A DNA stretch of 64,000 nt from Escherichia coli (GCF_003018255.1 NZ_CP027440.1), one strand, 5' to 3'. Shown: positions 30,393 to 47,249, counted from the first letter of the stretch. Program-made: numbers and translations. The notes: generated by a model from the sequence alone, not told the origin.

Positions 30393-31274
30393 TTATCCCG
30401 GCAAAAAACACTCTTCAACACACTGAATAAAAGTGTGCATCGCCGGGCTAACCGCTTTTCCAGCATGGTGTGCGCACATGGCCGTAATGGTCTGCGACTG
30501 TTCGCCAAAAGGCAATTCGATTAATTCGCCACTCGCAAGTTCATTTGCCACTGTAAAGCGCGGCAGGTAACTGACCCCGATATTTGCCGCGACACAACGC
30601 TTGATGCTTTCGATACTTATAAGCTCAATGGTGTTTTCCACCGTGATCCGTCGCTGGCGCAGCGTGCTCTCAAATATCTGCCGGAAGACACATTGTGGTT
30701 CGTTGATAATAAAGCTACAGGCGTTATGTCTTCCCGGCTCAGTAAAATCGACATCTGCAATTTGCGGTGAAGCCACCAGCACCAGCGGTTGTTCACCCAA
30801 CTCTCGTCGGTTCAAAGCATCATCATTCCCTACGCGATAAAAAACCCCGACATCGGCCTCATCATTCAGTAGCGCATCACGGATCACGTAACAGTTCAGC
30901 GACTGCAACGATAAACGCACTTTTGGAGCGCGTTGCCGAAAACGCTGCAACACCTGCGGCATTCGATAAGAGAGCAACGTTTCGCCTGAAATAACGCGTA
31001 GTTCCCCGTCCGGATCCGACTCTTTTTTGGCAGCCTCACGAAGGGTATCCATCACTCTGGTGAGTTCATAAATGTGCGGCAGCAGCTTTTTTCCTTCGCG
31101 GGTAAGGCACATTCGTCGACCAATTTTCTCAAATAACTGGACTGAGAACTCCTGCTCAAGCTGCTGAATATGAAAAGTCACCGTCGATTGTGTGCAGCAC
31201 AATTTTTGCGAAGCTCGCAAAAAGGAACCCTCTTCCACCACGGTTTTAAGTGTAATAAAACGGCGCAGATCCAT
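30393..31274 (-). CDS. yfiE: LysR-family transcriptional regulator
   Basis: N-terminal LysR HTH; trimmed to the internal ATG giving 293 aa. Confidence 0.8.
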   Translation of the reverse strand: MDLRRFITLKTVVEEGSFLRASQKLCCTQSTVTFHIQQLEQEFSVQLFEKIGRRMCLTREGKKLLPHIYELTRVMDTLREAAKKESDPDGELRVISGETLLSYRMPQVLQRFRQRAPKVRLSLQSLNCYVIRDALLNDEADVGVFYRVGNDDALNRRELGEQPLVLVASPQIADVDFTEPGRHNACSFIINEPQCVFRQIFESTLRQRRITVENTIELISIESIKRCVAANIGVSYLPRFTVANELASGELIELPFGEQSQTITAMCAHHAGKAVSPAMHTFIQCVEECFLPG

Positions 31275-31376
31275 AACCCCAAACCTATCGAAAATATCGA
31301 ATTTAGAATGTAAAAACATTCATTTTTTTAAATGTTCCGTGTCGGGTACTGTCTACCAAAACAGAGGAGATAACAA

Positions 31377-31964
31377 GTGACACCGACCCTTTTAAGTGCT
31401 TTTTGGACTTACACCCTGATTACCGCCATGACGCCAGGACCGAACAATATTCTCGCCCTTAGCTCAGCCACAACGCACGGATTTCGTCAGAGTACTCGCG
31501 TGCTGGCAGGGATGAGTCTGGGATTTTTAATCGTCATGTTGCTATGCGCGGGAATTTCGTTTTCACTGGCTGTTATCGACCCGGCAGCAGTGCATCTGTT
31601 GAGTTGGGCGGGGGCGGCATATATTGTCTGGCTGGCGTGGAAAATCGCTACCAGTCCAACAAAGGAAGATGGGCTTCAGACAAAACCAATCAGTTTTTGG
31701 GCCAGCTTTGCTTTGCAGTTTGTGAACGTCAAAATCATTTTGTATGGCATTACAGCACTGTCGACGTTTGTCCTGCCGCAAACGCAGGCGCTAAGCTGGA
31801 TAATTGGCGTCAGCGTTTTGCTGGCGATGATTGGGACGTTTGGCAATGTGTGCTGGGCGCTGGCGGGGCACCTGTTTCAGCGATTGTTTCGCCAGTATGG
31901 TCGCCAGTTAAATATCGTGCTCGCGCTGCTGCTGGTCTATTGCGCGGTACGCATTTTCTATTAA
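31377..31964 (+). CDS. eamB: LysE/RhtB-family cysteine/O-acetylserine exporter
   Basis: 195-aa polytopic membrane protein; divergent from yfiE. Confidence 0.85.
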   Translation: MTPTLLSAFWTYTLITAMTPGPNNILALSSATTHGFRQSTRVLAGMSLGFLIVMLLCAGISFSLAVIDPAAVHLLSWAGAAYIVWLAWKIATSPTKEDGLQTKPISFWASFALQFVNVKIILYGITALSTFVLPQTQALSWIIGVSVLLAMIGTFGNVCWALAGHLFQRLFRQYGRQLNIVLALLLVYCAVRIFY

Positions 31965-32019
31965 CGAAAAAAAGCGGAAGAAGTCGCCCTCTTCCGCTTA
32001 GTAACTTGCTACTTAAGCC

Positions 32020-32403
32020 TTACAGGCTTTCAGTAAAGGTACGAGCAATAACGTCGCGCTGCTGTTCCGGAGTCAGAGAGTTAAAGCGAACTGCATAACC
32101 GGATACACGGATGGTCAGCTGCGGATATTTTTCCGGATGCTTAACTGCATCTTCCAGAGTTTCACGACGCAGAACGTTTACGTTCAGATGTTGACCACCT
32201 TCAACGCGAACTTCTGGTTTCACTTCTACTGGAACTTCACGGTACTCAATGTCACCCAGTTTGCTTACTGCAACCACTTCGTCTTCTGCAAAACCTGCTT
32301 TCGCAACGATGCAACGCGCTTCGCCTTTTTCGCTGTCCAGCAGCCAGAAAGAGTTCAGCAGATCGTCGTTAGCGGCTTTAGTAATCTGGATACCTGTAAT
32401 CAT
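32020..32403 (-). CDS. grcA: Autonomous glycyl radical cofactor
   Basis: 127-aa product ending in the PFL-like glycyl-radical motif RVSGYAV. Confidence 0.95.
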
Positions 32404-32510
32404 GTGATGCCTCCCCGGCAAAATTATTTGATTTGTTCAGCCTGTCGCGGCCAATTGGTAAAACCATTGTTGCTTGAGTGTATATATACTCCTCAAACAC
32501 CCTTGAATCT

Positions 32511-32524
32511 TTGATTTAAATCAA
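32511..32524 (-). promoter_or_regulatory. FNR/CRP-type box TTGAT-N4-ATCAA upstream of grcA
   Basis: Perfect FNR consensus half-sites with a TATATA -10-like element between box and gene. Confidence 0.55.
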
Positions 32525-32707
32525 TAAAAACCACACATCAAGTATGGTTGCAAATGGATTTTATTGTTTTACATCAACTTATGCAGGTGTGAAATTTTAC
32601 CAATTTACATTTTTTTGCACTCGTTTAAGTCTAAAAAATGAGCATGATTTTGTTCTGTAGAAAGAAGCAGTTAAGCTAGGCGGATTGAAGATTCGCGGGA
32701 GAGCGAG

Positions 32708-33397
32708 ATGGCAAACGAATTAACCTGGCATGATGTGCTGGCTGAAGAGAAGCAGCAACCCTATTTTCTTAATACCCTACAGACCGTCGCCAGCGAGCGG
32801 CAGTCCGGCGTCACTATCTATCCGCCACAAAAAGATGTCTTTAACGCGTTCCGCTTTACAGAGTTGGGTGACGTTAAAGTGGTGATTCTCGGCCAGGATC
32901 CTTATCACGGACCGGGACAGGCGCATGGTCTGGCATTTTCCGTTCGCCCCGGCATTGCGACACCGCCGTCACTGCTGAATATGTATAAAGAGCTGGAAAA
33001 TACTATTCCCGGTTTCACCCGCCCTAATCATGGTTATCTTGAAAGCTGGGCGCGTCAGGGCGTTCTGCTACTCAATACTGTGTTGACGGTTCGCGCAGGT
33101 CAGGCACATTCCCACGCCAGCCTCGGCTGGGAGACCTTCACCGATAAAGTAATCAGCCTGATTAACCAGCACCGCGAAGGCGTGGTGTTTTTGTTGTGGG
33201 GCTCACATGCGCAAAAGAAAGGGGCGATTATTGATAAGCAACGCCATCACATACTGAAAGCGCCGCATCCATCACCGCTTTCTGCGCATCGTGGGTTCTT
33301 TGGCTGCAACCATTTTGTGCTGGCAAATCAGTGGCTGGAACAACGTGGCGAGAAACCGATTGACTGGATGCCAGTATTACCGGCAGAAAGTGAGTAA
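32708..33397 (+). CDS. ung: Uracil-DNA glycosylase
   Basis: 229-aa ORF with motifs GQDPYH and HPSPLS. Confidence 0.95.
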   Translation: MANELTWHDVLAEEKQQPYFLNTLQTVASERQSGVTIYPPQKDVFNAFRFTELGDVKVVILGQDPYHGPGQAHGLAFSVRPGIATPPSLLNMYKELENTIPGFTRPNHGYLESWARQGVLLLNTVLTVRAGQAHSHASLGWETFTDKVISLINQHREGVVFLLWGSHAQKKGAIIDKQRHHILKAPHPSPLSAHRGFFGCNHFVLANQWLEQRGEKPIDWMPVLPAESE

Positions 33398-33444
33398 ATT
33401 TGCAGGAAAACGCCGGATGGCAGCGTTGCCACCCGGCTGATTTA

Positions 33445-34482
33445 TCAGGCTTTATTCTGACGCCACCATTCACCAAGCAAAACGCCGGTTGCAACAGAGA
33501 TATTTAGCCCGGCAACGTTGCCAGTACCATCAATCTTCACGCGCAAATCGTTCGGATCGCGTGCGGCATCCGGTAACCCTTCATATTCCTGACCCAGCAC
33601 CAGTACCATTTTCGCTGGCAGACTGGTTTTGAACAGCGGTTTCCCCTGCTCGCTGGAAGTGGTCACTACGGTGTAACCTGCCTGACGGAAATCATCCAGC
33701 ACGTTAACAATGTTGTCGCCAGTAATCGGCTGAACGTGCTCTGCGCCGCCTTCTGCGGTACGGATAGCCGCCCCCGACTCCAGCAGTGCCGCATCCTGCA
33801 CCACAACGCCTTTCACGCCGAAGTGCGCGCAGCTGCGCATCATGCCACCCAGGTTATGCGGGTTAGATTCGTTTTCCAGCGCCAGTACACAATCCTGCGC
33901 GCCTGCCTGGCTTACCCACTGCAGCACGGTTGTACCGTTACGCTTTTTGATCAGGAAGCAAACGCCGCCGTGATGTTCCGTGCCTGACGCTTTTGTCAGT
34001 TCCGCTTCATCTACCACATGGTACGCTTTGCGGTTTGCTGCCATCCAGCGCAAGGCTTCTTTAAAACGCGGCGTTACACTCTGGATAAACCAGGCGCGAA
34101 CAATCGCTTCCGGACGGCTCTGGAACAGTGCCTGACAGGCATTTTCGCCGTAGACGCGGGTTTCTTCCGCACGCTGACGACGCAACACTTCCGGATCAAT
34201 AAAACTTTTACCACTGATGCCACCGTGATCGGCCTTTTCCGGCGTCTCATCACCCGGCGCGCGGGAAACTGTGCGCCACGGCGACTCTTCCCACTTGCGG
34301 TCACGGGGCTGACTCTGTTTGTCATCGCGGGCGGGGCGACGGCCACCGTCAGCACGAGATTTTCCTGGACGCCCGCCCCCTTTCCCGGTACGCGGGTTGT
34401 GGGTACGTTTATCAGAATCATCATCACTGCGGACATACATCACTTTGACCTTGCCGCTTTTACCTTTCATTTCATCGTTCAT
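33445..34482 (-). CDS. yfiF: SpoU-family RNA 2'-O-methyltransferase with basic N-terminal extension
   Basis: Trimmed to the ATG giving 345 aa; Arg/Lys-rich N-terminus then TrmH/SpoU fold. Confidence 0.8.
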   Translation of the reverse strand: MNDEMKGKSGKVKVMYVRSDDDSDKRTHNPRTGKGGGRPGKSRADGGRRPARDDKQSQPRDRKWEESPWRTVSRAPGDETPEKADHGGISGKSFIDPEVLRRQRAEETRVYGENACQALFQSRPEAIVRAWFIQSVTPRFKEALRWMAANRKAYHVVDEAELTKASGTEHHGGVCFLIKKRNGTTVLQWVSQAGAQDCVLALENESNPHNLGGMMRSCAHFGVKGVVVQDAALLESGAAIRTAEGGAEHVQPITGDNIVNVLDDFRQAGYTVVTTSSEQGKPLFKTSLPAKMVLVLGQEYEGLPDAARDPNDLRVKIDGTGNVAGLNISVATGVLLGEWWRQNKA

Positions 34483-34688
34483 GCTTTTCTCCACCAGCGC
34501 TGCGCGAAGCGCGCAGATTACCCGAAGTCCGCGCGGTTCGCCATGATTTCGTACCAAAGCCTGCGACTATCATACCTATTGAATAAAACAGATTGTTGTC
34601 TGGAACAATGTCCCCGATAATATGTAACATATTAGAAACATACCGGCGTCGTTGCCGATAAGTCTCCTTACTCATCCCGAGGTTAGTT

Positions 34689-35108
34689 ATGAATACCGTT
34701 TGTACCCATTGTCAGGCCATCAATCGCATTCCCGACGATCGGATCGAAGATGCGGCAAAATGCGGACGCTGCGGTCACGACTTGTTTGACGGAGAGGTGA
34801 TTAATGCGACCGGTGAAACGCTCGACAAATTGCTGAAAGATGATCTACCTGTGGTGATCGACTTCTGGGCACCGTGGTGCGGCCCCTGCCGTAATTTCGC
34901 ACCAATTTTTGAAGATGTCGCGCAAGAGCGTAGCGGTAAAGTGCGCTTTGTGAAAGTGAATACCGAAGCTGAACGTGAATTGAGCAGTCGCTTTGGAATT
35001 CGTAGTATACCGACGATCATGATTTTCAAAAACGGTCAGGTTGTCGACATGCTTAATGGCGCAGTACCGAAAGCGCCGTTTGATAGCTGGCTGAACGAAT
35101 CTCTTTAA
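34689..35108 (+). CDS. trxC: Thioredoxin 2
   Basis: 139-aa ORF with N-terminal zinc-finger CxxC pairs and WCGPC active site. Confidence 0.95.
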
Positions 35109-35176
35109 TCTTACCGGGGCGCATCTTGTGCCCCGTTTTCTCCTCTGCGACAATGGCGTTTTTTCGACGCTCTCTT

Positions 35177-35875
35177 ATGACCGAAAACGCTGTTCTCCAG
35201 TTACGCGCCGAGCGTATTGCGCGCGCAACACGTCCTTTTCTTGCCCGCGGTAATCGCGTTCGTCGCTGCCAACGCTGTCTTTTGCCAGAGACATTATGTC
35301 TCTGTTCGACAATTACCCCAGCACAAGCAAAAAGTCGCTTCTGTTTGCTGATGTTCGACACCGAGCCAATGAAGCCCAGTAATACCGGGCGTCTGATTGC
35401 TGATATTTTGCCTGATACCGTTGCGTTTCAATGGTCGCGTACCGAACCCTCGCTAGATTTGCTGGATCTGGTACAAAACCCGGACTATCAGCCAATGGTG
35501 GTCTTTCCCGCCTCGTATGCTGATGAGCAACGGGAAGTGATCTTCACACCACCTGCCGGTAAGCCTCCGCTATTTATCATGCTCGATGGTACCTGGCCTG
35601 AAGCTCGCAAGATGTTTCGTAAAAGTCCGTATCTGGATAATCTTCCCGTCATTTCCGTCGATCTTTCCCGGCTTTCTGCCTATCGCCTGCGTGAAGCCCA
35701 GGCTGAAGGCCAATATTGTACTGCCGAGGTAGCCATCGCACTGTTAGATATGGCCGGCGATACCGAAGCCGCAACGGGCTTAGGCGAGCATTTCACTCGT
35801 TTTAAAACGCGCTATCTGGCAGGAAAAACGCAACATCTGGGTAGCATCACAGCAGAACAGTTAGAAAGCGTTTAA
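35177..35875 (+). CDS. tapT: DTW-domain tRNA-uridine aminocarboxypropyltransferase
   Basis: 232-aa product with DTW motif (MLDGTWPEA); synteny with K-12 yfiP. Confidence 0.8.
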   Translation: MTENAVLQLRAERIARATRPFLARGNRVRRCQRCLLPETLCLCSTITPAQAKSRFCLLMFDTEPMKPSNTGRLIADILPDTVAFQWSRTEPSLDLLDLVQNPDYQPMVVFPASYADEQREVIFTPPAGKPPLFIMLDGTWPEARKMFRKSPYLDNLPVISVDLSRLSAYRLREAQAEGQYCTAEVAIALLDMAGDTEAATGLGEHFTRFKTRYLAGKTQHLGSITAEQLESV

Positions 35876-35906
35876 AATCATTCGGTCACTTCTGCGGGAG
35901 ACCGGT

Positions 35907-38567
35907 ATGAGTCAGCGAGGACTGGAAGCACTACTGCGACCAAAATCGATTGCGGTAATTGGCGCATCGATGAAATCCAATCGAGCAGGTTACCTGATGA
36001 TGCGTAACCTGCTGGCGGGAGGCTTTAACGGACCGGTACTCCCGGTGACGCCAGCCTGGAAAGCGGTGTTGGGTGTGTTGGCCTGGCCGGATATTGCCAG
36101 CTTGCCCTTTACACCCGACCTTGCGGTTTTATGTACCAATGCCAGCCGTAATCTTGCTCTTCTGGAAGAGCTCGGCGAGAAAGGCTGTAAAACCTGCATT
36201 ATTCTTTCCGCCCCGGCATCGCAACATGAAGATCTCCGCGCCTGCGCCCTGCGCCATAACATGCGCCTGCTAGGACCAAACAGTCTGGGGTTACTGGCTC
36301 CCTGGCAAGGTCTGAATGCCAGCTTTTCGCCTGTGCCGATTAAACGCGGCAAGCTGGCGTTTATTTCGCAATCGGCTGCCGTCTCCAATACCATCCTCGA
36401 CTGGGCGCAACAGCGTGAGATGGGCTTTTCCTACTTTATTGCGCTCGGCGACAGCCTGGATATCGACGTTGATGAATTGCTCGACTATCTGGCCCGCGAC
36501 AGTAAAACCAGCGCCATCCTGCTCTATCTCGAACAGTTAAGCGACGCACGACGCTTTGTTTCGGCGGCCCGTAGTGCCTCTCGCAACAAACCGATTCTGG
36601 TGATTAAAAGCGGACGTAGCCCGGCGGCTCAACGTCTGTTGAACACCACGGCAGGAATGGATCCGGCGTGGGATGCGGCTATTCAGCGTGCCGGTTTGTT
36701 GCGGGTACAGGATACTCACGAGCTGTTTTCGGCGGTGGAAACCCTCAGCCATATGCGCCCGCTGCGTGGCGACCGGCTGATGATTATCAGCAACGGTGCT
36801 GCGCCTGCCGCGCTGGCGCTGGATGCCTTATGGTCACGCAATGGCAAGCTGGCAACGCTAAGCGAAGAAACCTGCCAGAAACTGCGCGATGCACTGCCAG
36901 AACATGTGGCAATCTCTAACCCGCTCGATCTACGCGATGACGCCAGCAGTGAGCACTATATTAAAACGCTGGATATTCTGCTCCACAGCCAGGATTTTGA
37001 CGCGCTGATGGTTATTCATTCGCCCAGCGCCGCTGCTCCCGCAACAGAAAGTGCGCAAGCATTAATTGAAGCGGTAAAGCATCATCCCCGCAGCAAGTAT
37101 GTTTCTCTGCTGACGAACTGGTGCGGCGAGCACTCCTCGCAAGAGGCACGACGATTATTCAGTGAAGCCGGGCTGCCGACCTATCGCACGCCGGAAGGAA
37201 CCATCACTGCTTTTATGCATATGGTGGAGTACCGACGTAATCAGAAGCAACTACGCGAAACGCCGGCGTTGCCCAGCAATCTGACCTCTAATACCGCAGA
37301 AGCGCATCTTCTGTTGCAACAGGCGATTGCCGAAGGGGCTACGTCGCTCGATACCCATGAAGTTCAGCCCATCCTGCAAGCGTATGGCATGAACACGCTC
37401 CCCACCTGGATTGCCAGCGATAGCACCGAAGCGGTGCATATTGCCGAACAGATTAGTTATCCGGTGGCGCTGAAATTGCGTTCGCCGGATATTCCACATA
37501 AATCGGAAGTTCAGGGCGTAATGCTCTACCTGCGTACAGCTAATGAAGTCCAGCAAGCGGCAAACGCTATTTTCGATCGCGTAAAAATGGCCTGGCCGCA
37601 GGCGCGGATCCACGGCCTGTTGGTGCAAAGTATGGCTAACCGTGCTGGCGCTCAGGAGTTGCGGGTTGTGGTTGAGCACGATCCGGTTTTCGGGCCGTTG
37701 ATCATGCTGGGCGAAGGCGGTGTGGAGTGGCGTCCTGAAGATCAAGCCGTCGTCGCACTACCGCCGCTGAACATGAACCTGGCCCGCTATCTGGTTATTC
37801 AGGGGATCAAAAGTAAAAAGATTCGTGCGCGCAGTGCGCTACGCCCATTAGATGTTGCAGGCTTGAGCCAGCTTCTGGTGCAGGTTTCTAACTTGATTGT
37901 CGATTGCCCGGAAATTCAGCGTCTGGATATTCATCCTTTGCTGGCTTCTGGCAGTGAATTTACCGCGCTGGATGTCACGCTGGATATCGCGCCGTTTGAA
38001 GGCGATAACGAGAGTCGGCTGGCAGTGCGCCCTTATCCGCATCAGCTGGAAGAATGGGTAGAATTGAAAAACGGTGAACGCTGCTTGTTCCGCCCGATTT
38101 TGCCAGAAGATGAGCCACAGCTTCAGCAATTCATTTCGCGAGTCACCAAAGAAGATCTTTATTACCGCTACTTTAGCGAGATCAACGAATTTACCCATGA
38201 AGATTTAGCCAACATGACGCAGATCGACTACGATCGGGAAATGGCTTTTGTGGCGGTACGACGTATTGATCAAACAGAAGAGATCCTCGGCGTCACGCGT
38301 GCGATCTCCGACCCTGATAACATCGATGCCGAATTTGCCGTGCTGGTTCGCTCGGATCTCAAAGGGTTAGGCTTAGGTCGACGCTTAATGGAAAAGTTGA
38401 TTACCTATACGCGAGATCACGGACTACAACGTCTGAATGGTATTACGATGCCAAACAATCGTGGCATGGTGGCGCTGGCCCGCAAGCTCGGGTTTAACGT
38501 TGATATCCAGCTCGAAGAGGGGATCGTTGGGCTTACGCTAAATCTTGCCCAGCGCGAGGAATCATGA
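35907..38567 (+). CDS. patZ: Protein lysine acetyltransferase (ACS-like + GNAT domains)
   Basis: 886-aa ORF with CoA-binding/ATP-grasp N-terminal region and C-terminal GNAT. Confidence 0.9.
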   Translation: MSQRGLEALLRPKSIAVIGASMKSNRAGYLMMRNLLAGGFNGPVLPVTPAWKAVLGVLAWPDIASLPFTPDLAVLCTNASRNLALLEELGEKGCKTCIILSAPASQHEDLRACALRHNMRLLGPNSLGLLAPWQGLNASFSPVPIKRGKLAFISQSAAVSNTILDWAQQREMGFSYFIALGDSLDIDVDELLDYLARDSKTSAILLYLEQLSDARRFVSAARSASRNKPILVIKSGRSPAAQRLLNTTAGMDPAWDAAIQRAGLLRVQDTHELFSAVETLSHMRPLRGDRLMIISNGAAPAALALDALWSRNGKLATLSEETCQKLRDALPEHVAISNPLDLRDDASSEHYIKTLDILLHSQDFDALMVIHSPSAAAPATESAQALIEAVKHHPRSKYVSLLTNWCGEHSSQEARRLFSEAGLPTYRTPEGTITAFMHMVEYRRNQKQLRETPALPSNLTSNTAEAHLLLQQAIAEGATSLDTHEVQPILQAYGMNTLPTWIASDSTEAVHIAEQISYPVALKLRSPDIPHKSEVQGVMLYLRTANEVQQAANAIFDRVKMAWPQARIHGLLVQSMANRAGAQELRVVVEHDPVFGPLIMLGEGGVEWRPEDQAVVALPPLNMNLARYLVIQGIKSKKIRARSALRPLDVAGLSQLLVQVSNLIVDCPEIQRLDIHPLLASGSEFTALDVTLDIAPFEGDNESRLAVRPYPHQLEEWVELKNGERCLFRPILPEDEPQLQQFISRVTKEDLYYRYFSEINEFTHEDLANMTQIDYDREMAFVAVRRIDQTEEILGVTRAISDPDNIDAEFAVLVRSDLKGLGLGRRLMEKLITYTRDHGLQRLNGITMPNNRGMVALARKLGFNVDIQLEEGIVGLTLNLAQREES

Positions 38568-38680
38568 GTAAGGTACTGGAAATGTTGACCACTTAATCGG
38601 GACTGGTGTTATTATTGCCCGCTTATGTCGTCTGCATTGCACAGAGGACCCTTCAATGAACAGAGAAGAAATGCACTGTG

Positions 38681-40036
38681 ATGTTGTCAAAATTTAAGCG
38701 TAATAAACATCAACAACACCTTGCCCAACTACCCAAGATTTCTCAATCAGTTGATGATGTCGATTTCTTTTACGCTCCCGCCGACTTCCGGGAGACGTTG
38801 CTGGAAAAAATAGCCAGCGCGAAGCAGCGCATTTGCATTGTTGCCCTGTATCTCGAACAGGATGACGGTGGCAAAGGCATTCTGAACGCGTTGTATGAGG
38901 CTAAAAGGCAGCGTCCGGAACTGGATGTGCGGGTGCTGGTCGACTGGCATCGTGCACAACGTGGACGCATTGGCGCTGCGGCATCTAACACTAACGCTGA
39001 CTGGTACTGCCGCATGGCGCAGGAAAATCCGGGCGTAGATGTTCCGGTTTATGGCGTTCCAATCAATACCCGTGAAGCCCTTGGTGTTCTGCACTTTAAA
39101 GGCTTTATCATTGACGATAGCGTACTTTATAGCGGTGCCAGCCTGAACGATGTTTACCTGCATCAGCACGATAAATATCGCTACGACCGTTATCATCTGA
39201 TCCGTAACCGTAAGATGTCAGACATTATGTTTGAATGGGTTACACAGAATATTATGAATGGCCGCGGCGTTAATCGTCTGGATGATGTTAATCGGCCAAA
39301 AAGCCCGGAAATCAAGAACGACATTCGCCTGTTCCGCCAGGAGCTGCGTGATGCCGCTTATCATTTCCAGGGCGATGCCGACAACGATCAGCTTTCCGTA
39401 ACGCCGCTAGTGGGGCTGGGGAAATCGAGTCTGTTGAACAAGACCATTTTCCATCTTATGCCTTGTGCCGAGCAGAAACTAACCATCTGTACGCCATACT
39501 TCAACCTGCCAGCAATCCTTGTGCGCAATATTATCCAGTTGCTGCGCGAAGGGAAAAAGGTCGAAATTATTGTTGGTGATAAAACCGCGAACGACTTCTA
39601 CATTCCGGAAGATGAACCTTTCAAGATAATTGGCGCATTGCCTTATCTCTATGAGATCAATCTGCGTCGTTTCCTGAGCCGTTTGCAGTATTACGTCAAT
39701 ACTGACCAGCTAGTGGTTCGGTTATGGAAAGATGACGACAACACCTATCACCTAAAAGGGATGTGGGTTGATGATAAGTGGATGTTGATCACCGGTAATA
39801 ACCTGAACCCGCGCGCCTGGCGTCTGGATCTGGAAAACGCCATTTTGATCCACGATCCGCAACTGGAGCTTGCGCCACAGCGAGAGAAAGAACTGGAGCT
39901 GATCCGCGAGCATACCACCATCGTTAAGCACTATCGCGATCTGCAAAGTATTGCCGATTATCCGGTGAAGGTTCGTAAACTCATCCGTCGTTTGCGCCGT
40001 ATCCGCATCGACCGATTAATTAGCCGCATCCTGTAA
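38681..40036 (+). CDS. pssA: CDP-diacylglycerol--serine O-phosphatidyltransferase
   Basis: 451-aa ORF with two PLD-type HKD motifs. Confidence 0.9.
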   Translation: MLSKFKRNKHQQHLAQLPKISQSVDDVDFFYAPADFRETLLEKIASAKQRICIVALYLEQDDGGKGILNALYEAKRQRPELDVRVLVDWHRAQRGRIGAAASNTNADWYCRMAQENPGVDVPVYGVPINTREALGVLHFKGFIIDDSVLYSGASLNDVYLHQHDKYRYDRYHLIRNRKMSDIMFEWVTQNIMNGRGVNRLDDVNRPKSPEIKNDIRLFRQELRDAAYHFQGDADNDQLSVTPLVGLGKSSLLNKTIFHLMPCAEQKLTICTPYFNLPAILVRNIIQLLREGKKVEIIVGDKTANDFYIPEDEPFKIIGALPYLYEINLRRFLSRLQYYVNTDQLVVRLWKDDDNTYHLKGMWVDDKWMLITGNNLNPRAWRLDLENAILIHDPQLELAPQREKELELIREHTTIVKHYRDLQSIADYPVKVRKLIRRLRRIRIDRLISRIL

Positions 40037-40079
40037 TCACAACCCCGTCCTGTACGGGGTTTGTTTTGGAGGCCACGTT

Positions 40080-40403
40080 TTGCGTATTCTTTTTGTCTGT
40101 TCGCTATTGTTACTTTCTGGATGCAGCCATATGGCTAACGATAGCTGGAGCGGGCAGGATAAAGCTCAACACTTTATCGCCTCGGCGATGCTTTCCGCCG
40201 CCGGAAATGAATATGCACAGCATCAGGGGATGAGCCGGGATCGCAGTGCCATGTTTGGATTGATGTTCTCTGTCAGTCTGGGGGCGTCAAAAGAGCTTTG
40301 GGATAGCCGCCCTGAGGGGAGCGGCTGGAGCTGGAAGGATTTTGCCTGGGATATCGCCGGTGCAAGCACCGGCTATACCGTCTGGCAACTGACCCGTCAC
40401 TAA
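40080..40403 (+). CDS. yfiM: Putative lipoprotein YfiM
   Basis: 107-aa ORF with lipobox LLSGCS. Confidence 0.8.
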   Translation: MRILFVCSLLLLSGCSHMANDSWSGQDKAQHFIASAMLSAAGNEYAQHQGMSRDRSAMFGLMFSVSLGASKELWDSRPEGSGWSWKDFAWDIAGASTGYTVWQLTRH

Positions 40404-41698
40404 AGCCGCATCCCTTTTCCTTTACGGTGCAATGTTAGTGAAACCAGAAATGCCACCACGGCCATCAAGGTCACATACCAGAAGAAGGCTGTTTCCATTC
40501 CTATTGATTTCAGCGACAACGCTACGTACTCCGCCGACCCACCAAATATAGCATTGGCGACCGCATATGACAGACCAACGCCTAATGCGCGAACCTGTGC
40601 CGGGAACATCTCAGCCTTCAGTATTCCACTGATTGAAGTATAAAAACTCACTATCAGCAGGGCGCACATCACCAGACCAAAAGCGGCATAAGGCGAGGAA
40701 ACGTTCTGCAATGCTGAGAGAATAGGAACGGTAAAAATGGCTGCCAGAGAACCGAAACATAACATTGAGGTACGACGACCAATCTTATCCGACAGCGCGC
40801 CAATAAGTGGTTGAATAAGCATGAATACAAACAATGCGGCAGTCATAATGCCACTCGCCACGTTGGCATGCATTCCCGCAGTATTTACCAGATACTTCTG
40901 CATATAAGTGGTGAAGGTATAGAAACAAAGGGAGCCCGCAGCGGTAAAACCGAGAACCATGATGAATGCACGGCGATTGCGCCATAATCCTTTCAGAGAT
41001 CCAGCTTCTTTTAAAGCGCGTGTTTCTTGTTGTGAAGTTTCATCTAACTGACGACGTAACCACAACGCCACAACAGCTAACACAGCTCCTAACGCGAAAG
41101 GAATACGCCATCCCCACTCTCTAAGTGCAGCGTCTTCCATGGTGTGTTGTAAAACCACGACAACCAGTAGAGCTAGCAGTTGCCCGCCGATCAACGTCAC
41201 ATACTGAAATGATGCGTAAAAACCTTTGCGCCCTTCAACGGCAACTTCACTCATATAGGTGGCGCTGGTGCCATATTCTCCGCCAACGGATAATCCCTGA
41301 AATAAACGAGCGAGAAGCAATAATGCCGGAGCCCACGTACCTATAGTTTCATAACCTGGGAGGCAGGCGATAACCAGCGATCCGAAACACATCATACACA
41401 CCGATAACAGCATCGATTTTTTGCGACCATGTTTATCGGCTATGCGGCCAAATAGCCAACCGCCTATTGGGCGCATCAGGAATCCCGCAGCAAAAACACC
41501 TGCTGTTTGCAGTAGTTGAGTCGTCGTGTTCCCGGAAGGGAAGAAGATGTGGGCGAAGTAGAGTGAACAGAACGAGTAGACATAGAAATCGAACCACTCG
41601 ACCAGATTACCTGAAGAGGCCCCCACAATTGCCCAAATGCGGCGACGAGTATCACTACTTGTCAGTTTGCTGTCTGCCGTTACAGTACTTTCAGCCAT
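40400..41698 (-). CDS. kgtP: Alpha-ketoglutarate:H+ symporter (MFS)
   Basis: Trimmed to the ATG giving 432 aa ([13 protein letters not shown]...); 12-TM MFS pattern. Confidence 0.9.
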   Translation of the reverse strand: MAESTVTADSKLTSSDTRRRIWAIVGASSGNLVEWFDFYVYSFCSLYFAHIFFPSGNTTTQLLQTAGVFAAGFLMRPIGGWLFGRIADKHGRKKSMLLSVCMMCFGSLVIACLPGYETIGTWAPALLLLARLFQGLSVGGEYGTSATYMSEVAVEGRKGFYASFQYVTLIGGQLLALLVVVVLQHTMEDAALREWGWRIPFALGAVLAVVALWLRRQLDETSQQETRALKEAGSLKGLWRNRRAFIMVLGFTAAGSLCFYTFTTYMQKYLVNTAGMHANVASGIMTAALFVFMLIQPLIGALSDKIGRRTSMLCFGSLAAIFTVPILSALQNVSSPYAAFGLVMCALLIVSFYTSISGILKAEMFPAQVRALGVGLSYAVANAIFGGSAEYVALSLKSIGMETAFFWYVTLMAVVAFLVSLTLHRKGKGMRL

Positions 41699-41937
41699 GC
41701 CATTATGTCTCCTGCCGTAATCCGATGCTTTTGTCGGTCGCTTTTGTTTATTTCTATTGGTAAAGAAAATGTTATACATTTGTTGCATATCATTATGCAA
41801 CCTTAACCACGAATTTAGTTAGCAGGAAAATGGTTATTGAGGAGCTTAAGGATAAATTTCTGGTAAGGAGGACACGTATGGAGGTGGGCACGTTGGGGAA
41901 GCCGTATTCGCTGCTGAATCTAGCTTATGTGGGAGTA

Positions 41938-41970
41938 TAAGACGCGCCAGCGTCGCATCCGGCATTTATT
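41938..41970 (-). repeat. REP-like (repetitive extragenic palindrome) remnant
   Basis: Minus-strand TGCCGGATGCGACGCTGGCGCGTCTTA resembles the REP consensus; lies between the kgtP promoter region and the rrn terminator. Confidence 0.4.
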
Positions 41971-42021
41971 CTGCTCCAGCGCAAAAAGGCCATCCTGACG
42001 GATAGCCTTCTGCTTAATTTG

Positions 42022-42141
42022 ATGCCTGGCAGTTCCCTACTCTCGCATGGGGAGACCCCACACTACCATCGGCGCTACGGCGTTTCACTTCTGAGTTCGG
42101 CATGGGGTCAGGTGGGACCACCGCGCTAAGGCCGCCAGGCA
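42022..42141 (-). rRNA. rrfG: 5S ribosomal RNA
   Basis: 120-nt match to E. coli 5S rRNA (one base differs from the sequence I recall). Confidence 0.9.
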
Positions 42142-42238
42142 AATTCTGTTTTATCAACACGTCTCGTTATGACATGTCGATTTAATCTGTATCAGGCTGA
42201 AAATCTTCTCTCATCCGCCAAAACATCTTCGGCGTTGT

Positions 42239-45143
<2,905 letters not shown>

Positions 45144-45336
45144 TCACAACCCGAAGATGTTTCTTTCGATTCATCATCGTGTTGCGAAAATTTGAGAGAC
45201 TCACGAACAACTTTCGTTGTTCAGTGTTTCAATTTTCAGCTTGATCCAGATTTTTAAAGAGCAAATATCTCAAACATCACCCGAAGATGAGTTTTGAGAT
45301 ATTAAGGCAGGTGACTTTCACTCACAAACCAGCAAG

Positions 45337-45412
45337 TGGCGTCCCCTAGGGGATTCGAACCCCTGTTACCGCCGTGAAAGGGCGGTGTCCTGGGCCTCTA
45401 GACGAAGGGGAC
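45337..45412 (-). tRNA. gltW: tRNA-Glu (UUC) in the 16S-23S spacer
   Basis: 76-nt exact match to GTCCCCTTCGTCTAGAGGCCCAGGACACCGCCCTTTCACGGCGGTAACAGGGGTTCGAATCCCCTAGGGGACGCCA. Confidence 0.9.
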
Positions 45413-45497
45413 GTATCAGTCTGCTTCGCAAGACGCCTTGCTTTTCACTTTCTATCAGACAATCTGTGTGAGCACTGCAAAGTACGCTTCTTTAAGG

Positions 45498-47039
<1,542 letters not shown>

Positions 47040-47214
47040 AAAAGTTTGATGCTCAAAGAATTAAACTTCGTAATGAATTACGTGTTCACTCTTGAGACTT
47101 GGTATTCATTTTTCGTCTTGCGACGTTAAGAATCCGTATCTTCGAGTGCCCACACAGATTGTCTGATAAATTGTTAAAGAGCAGTGCCGCTTCGCTTTTT
47201 TCTCAGCGGCGCGG

Positions 47215-47249
47215 GGTGTGCATAATACGCTTTCCCGCTACAGAGTCAA
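47215..47249 (-). promoter_or_regulatory. rrn P2 promoter (TTGACT-N17-TATTAT)
   Basis: Classic rrn P2 sequence TTGACTCTGTAGCGGGAAAGCGTATTATGCACACC, followed by a boxA antiterminator motif TGCTCTTTAACAA. Confidence 0.6.
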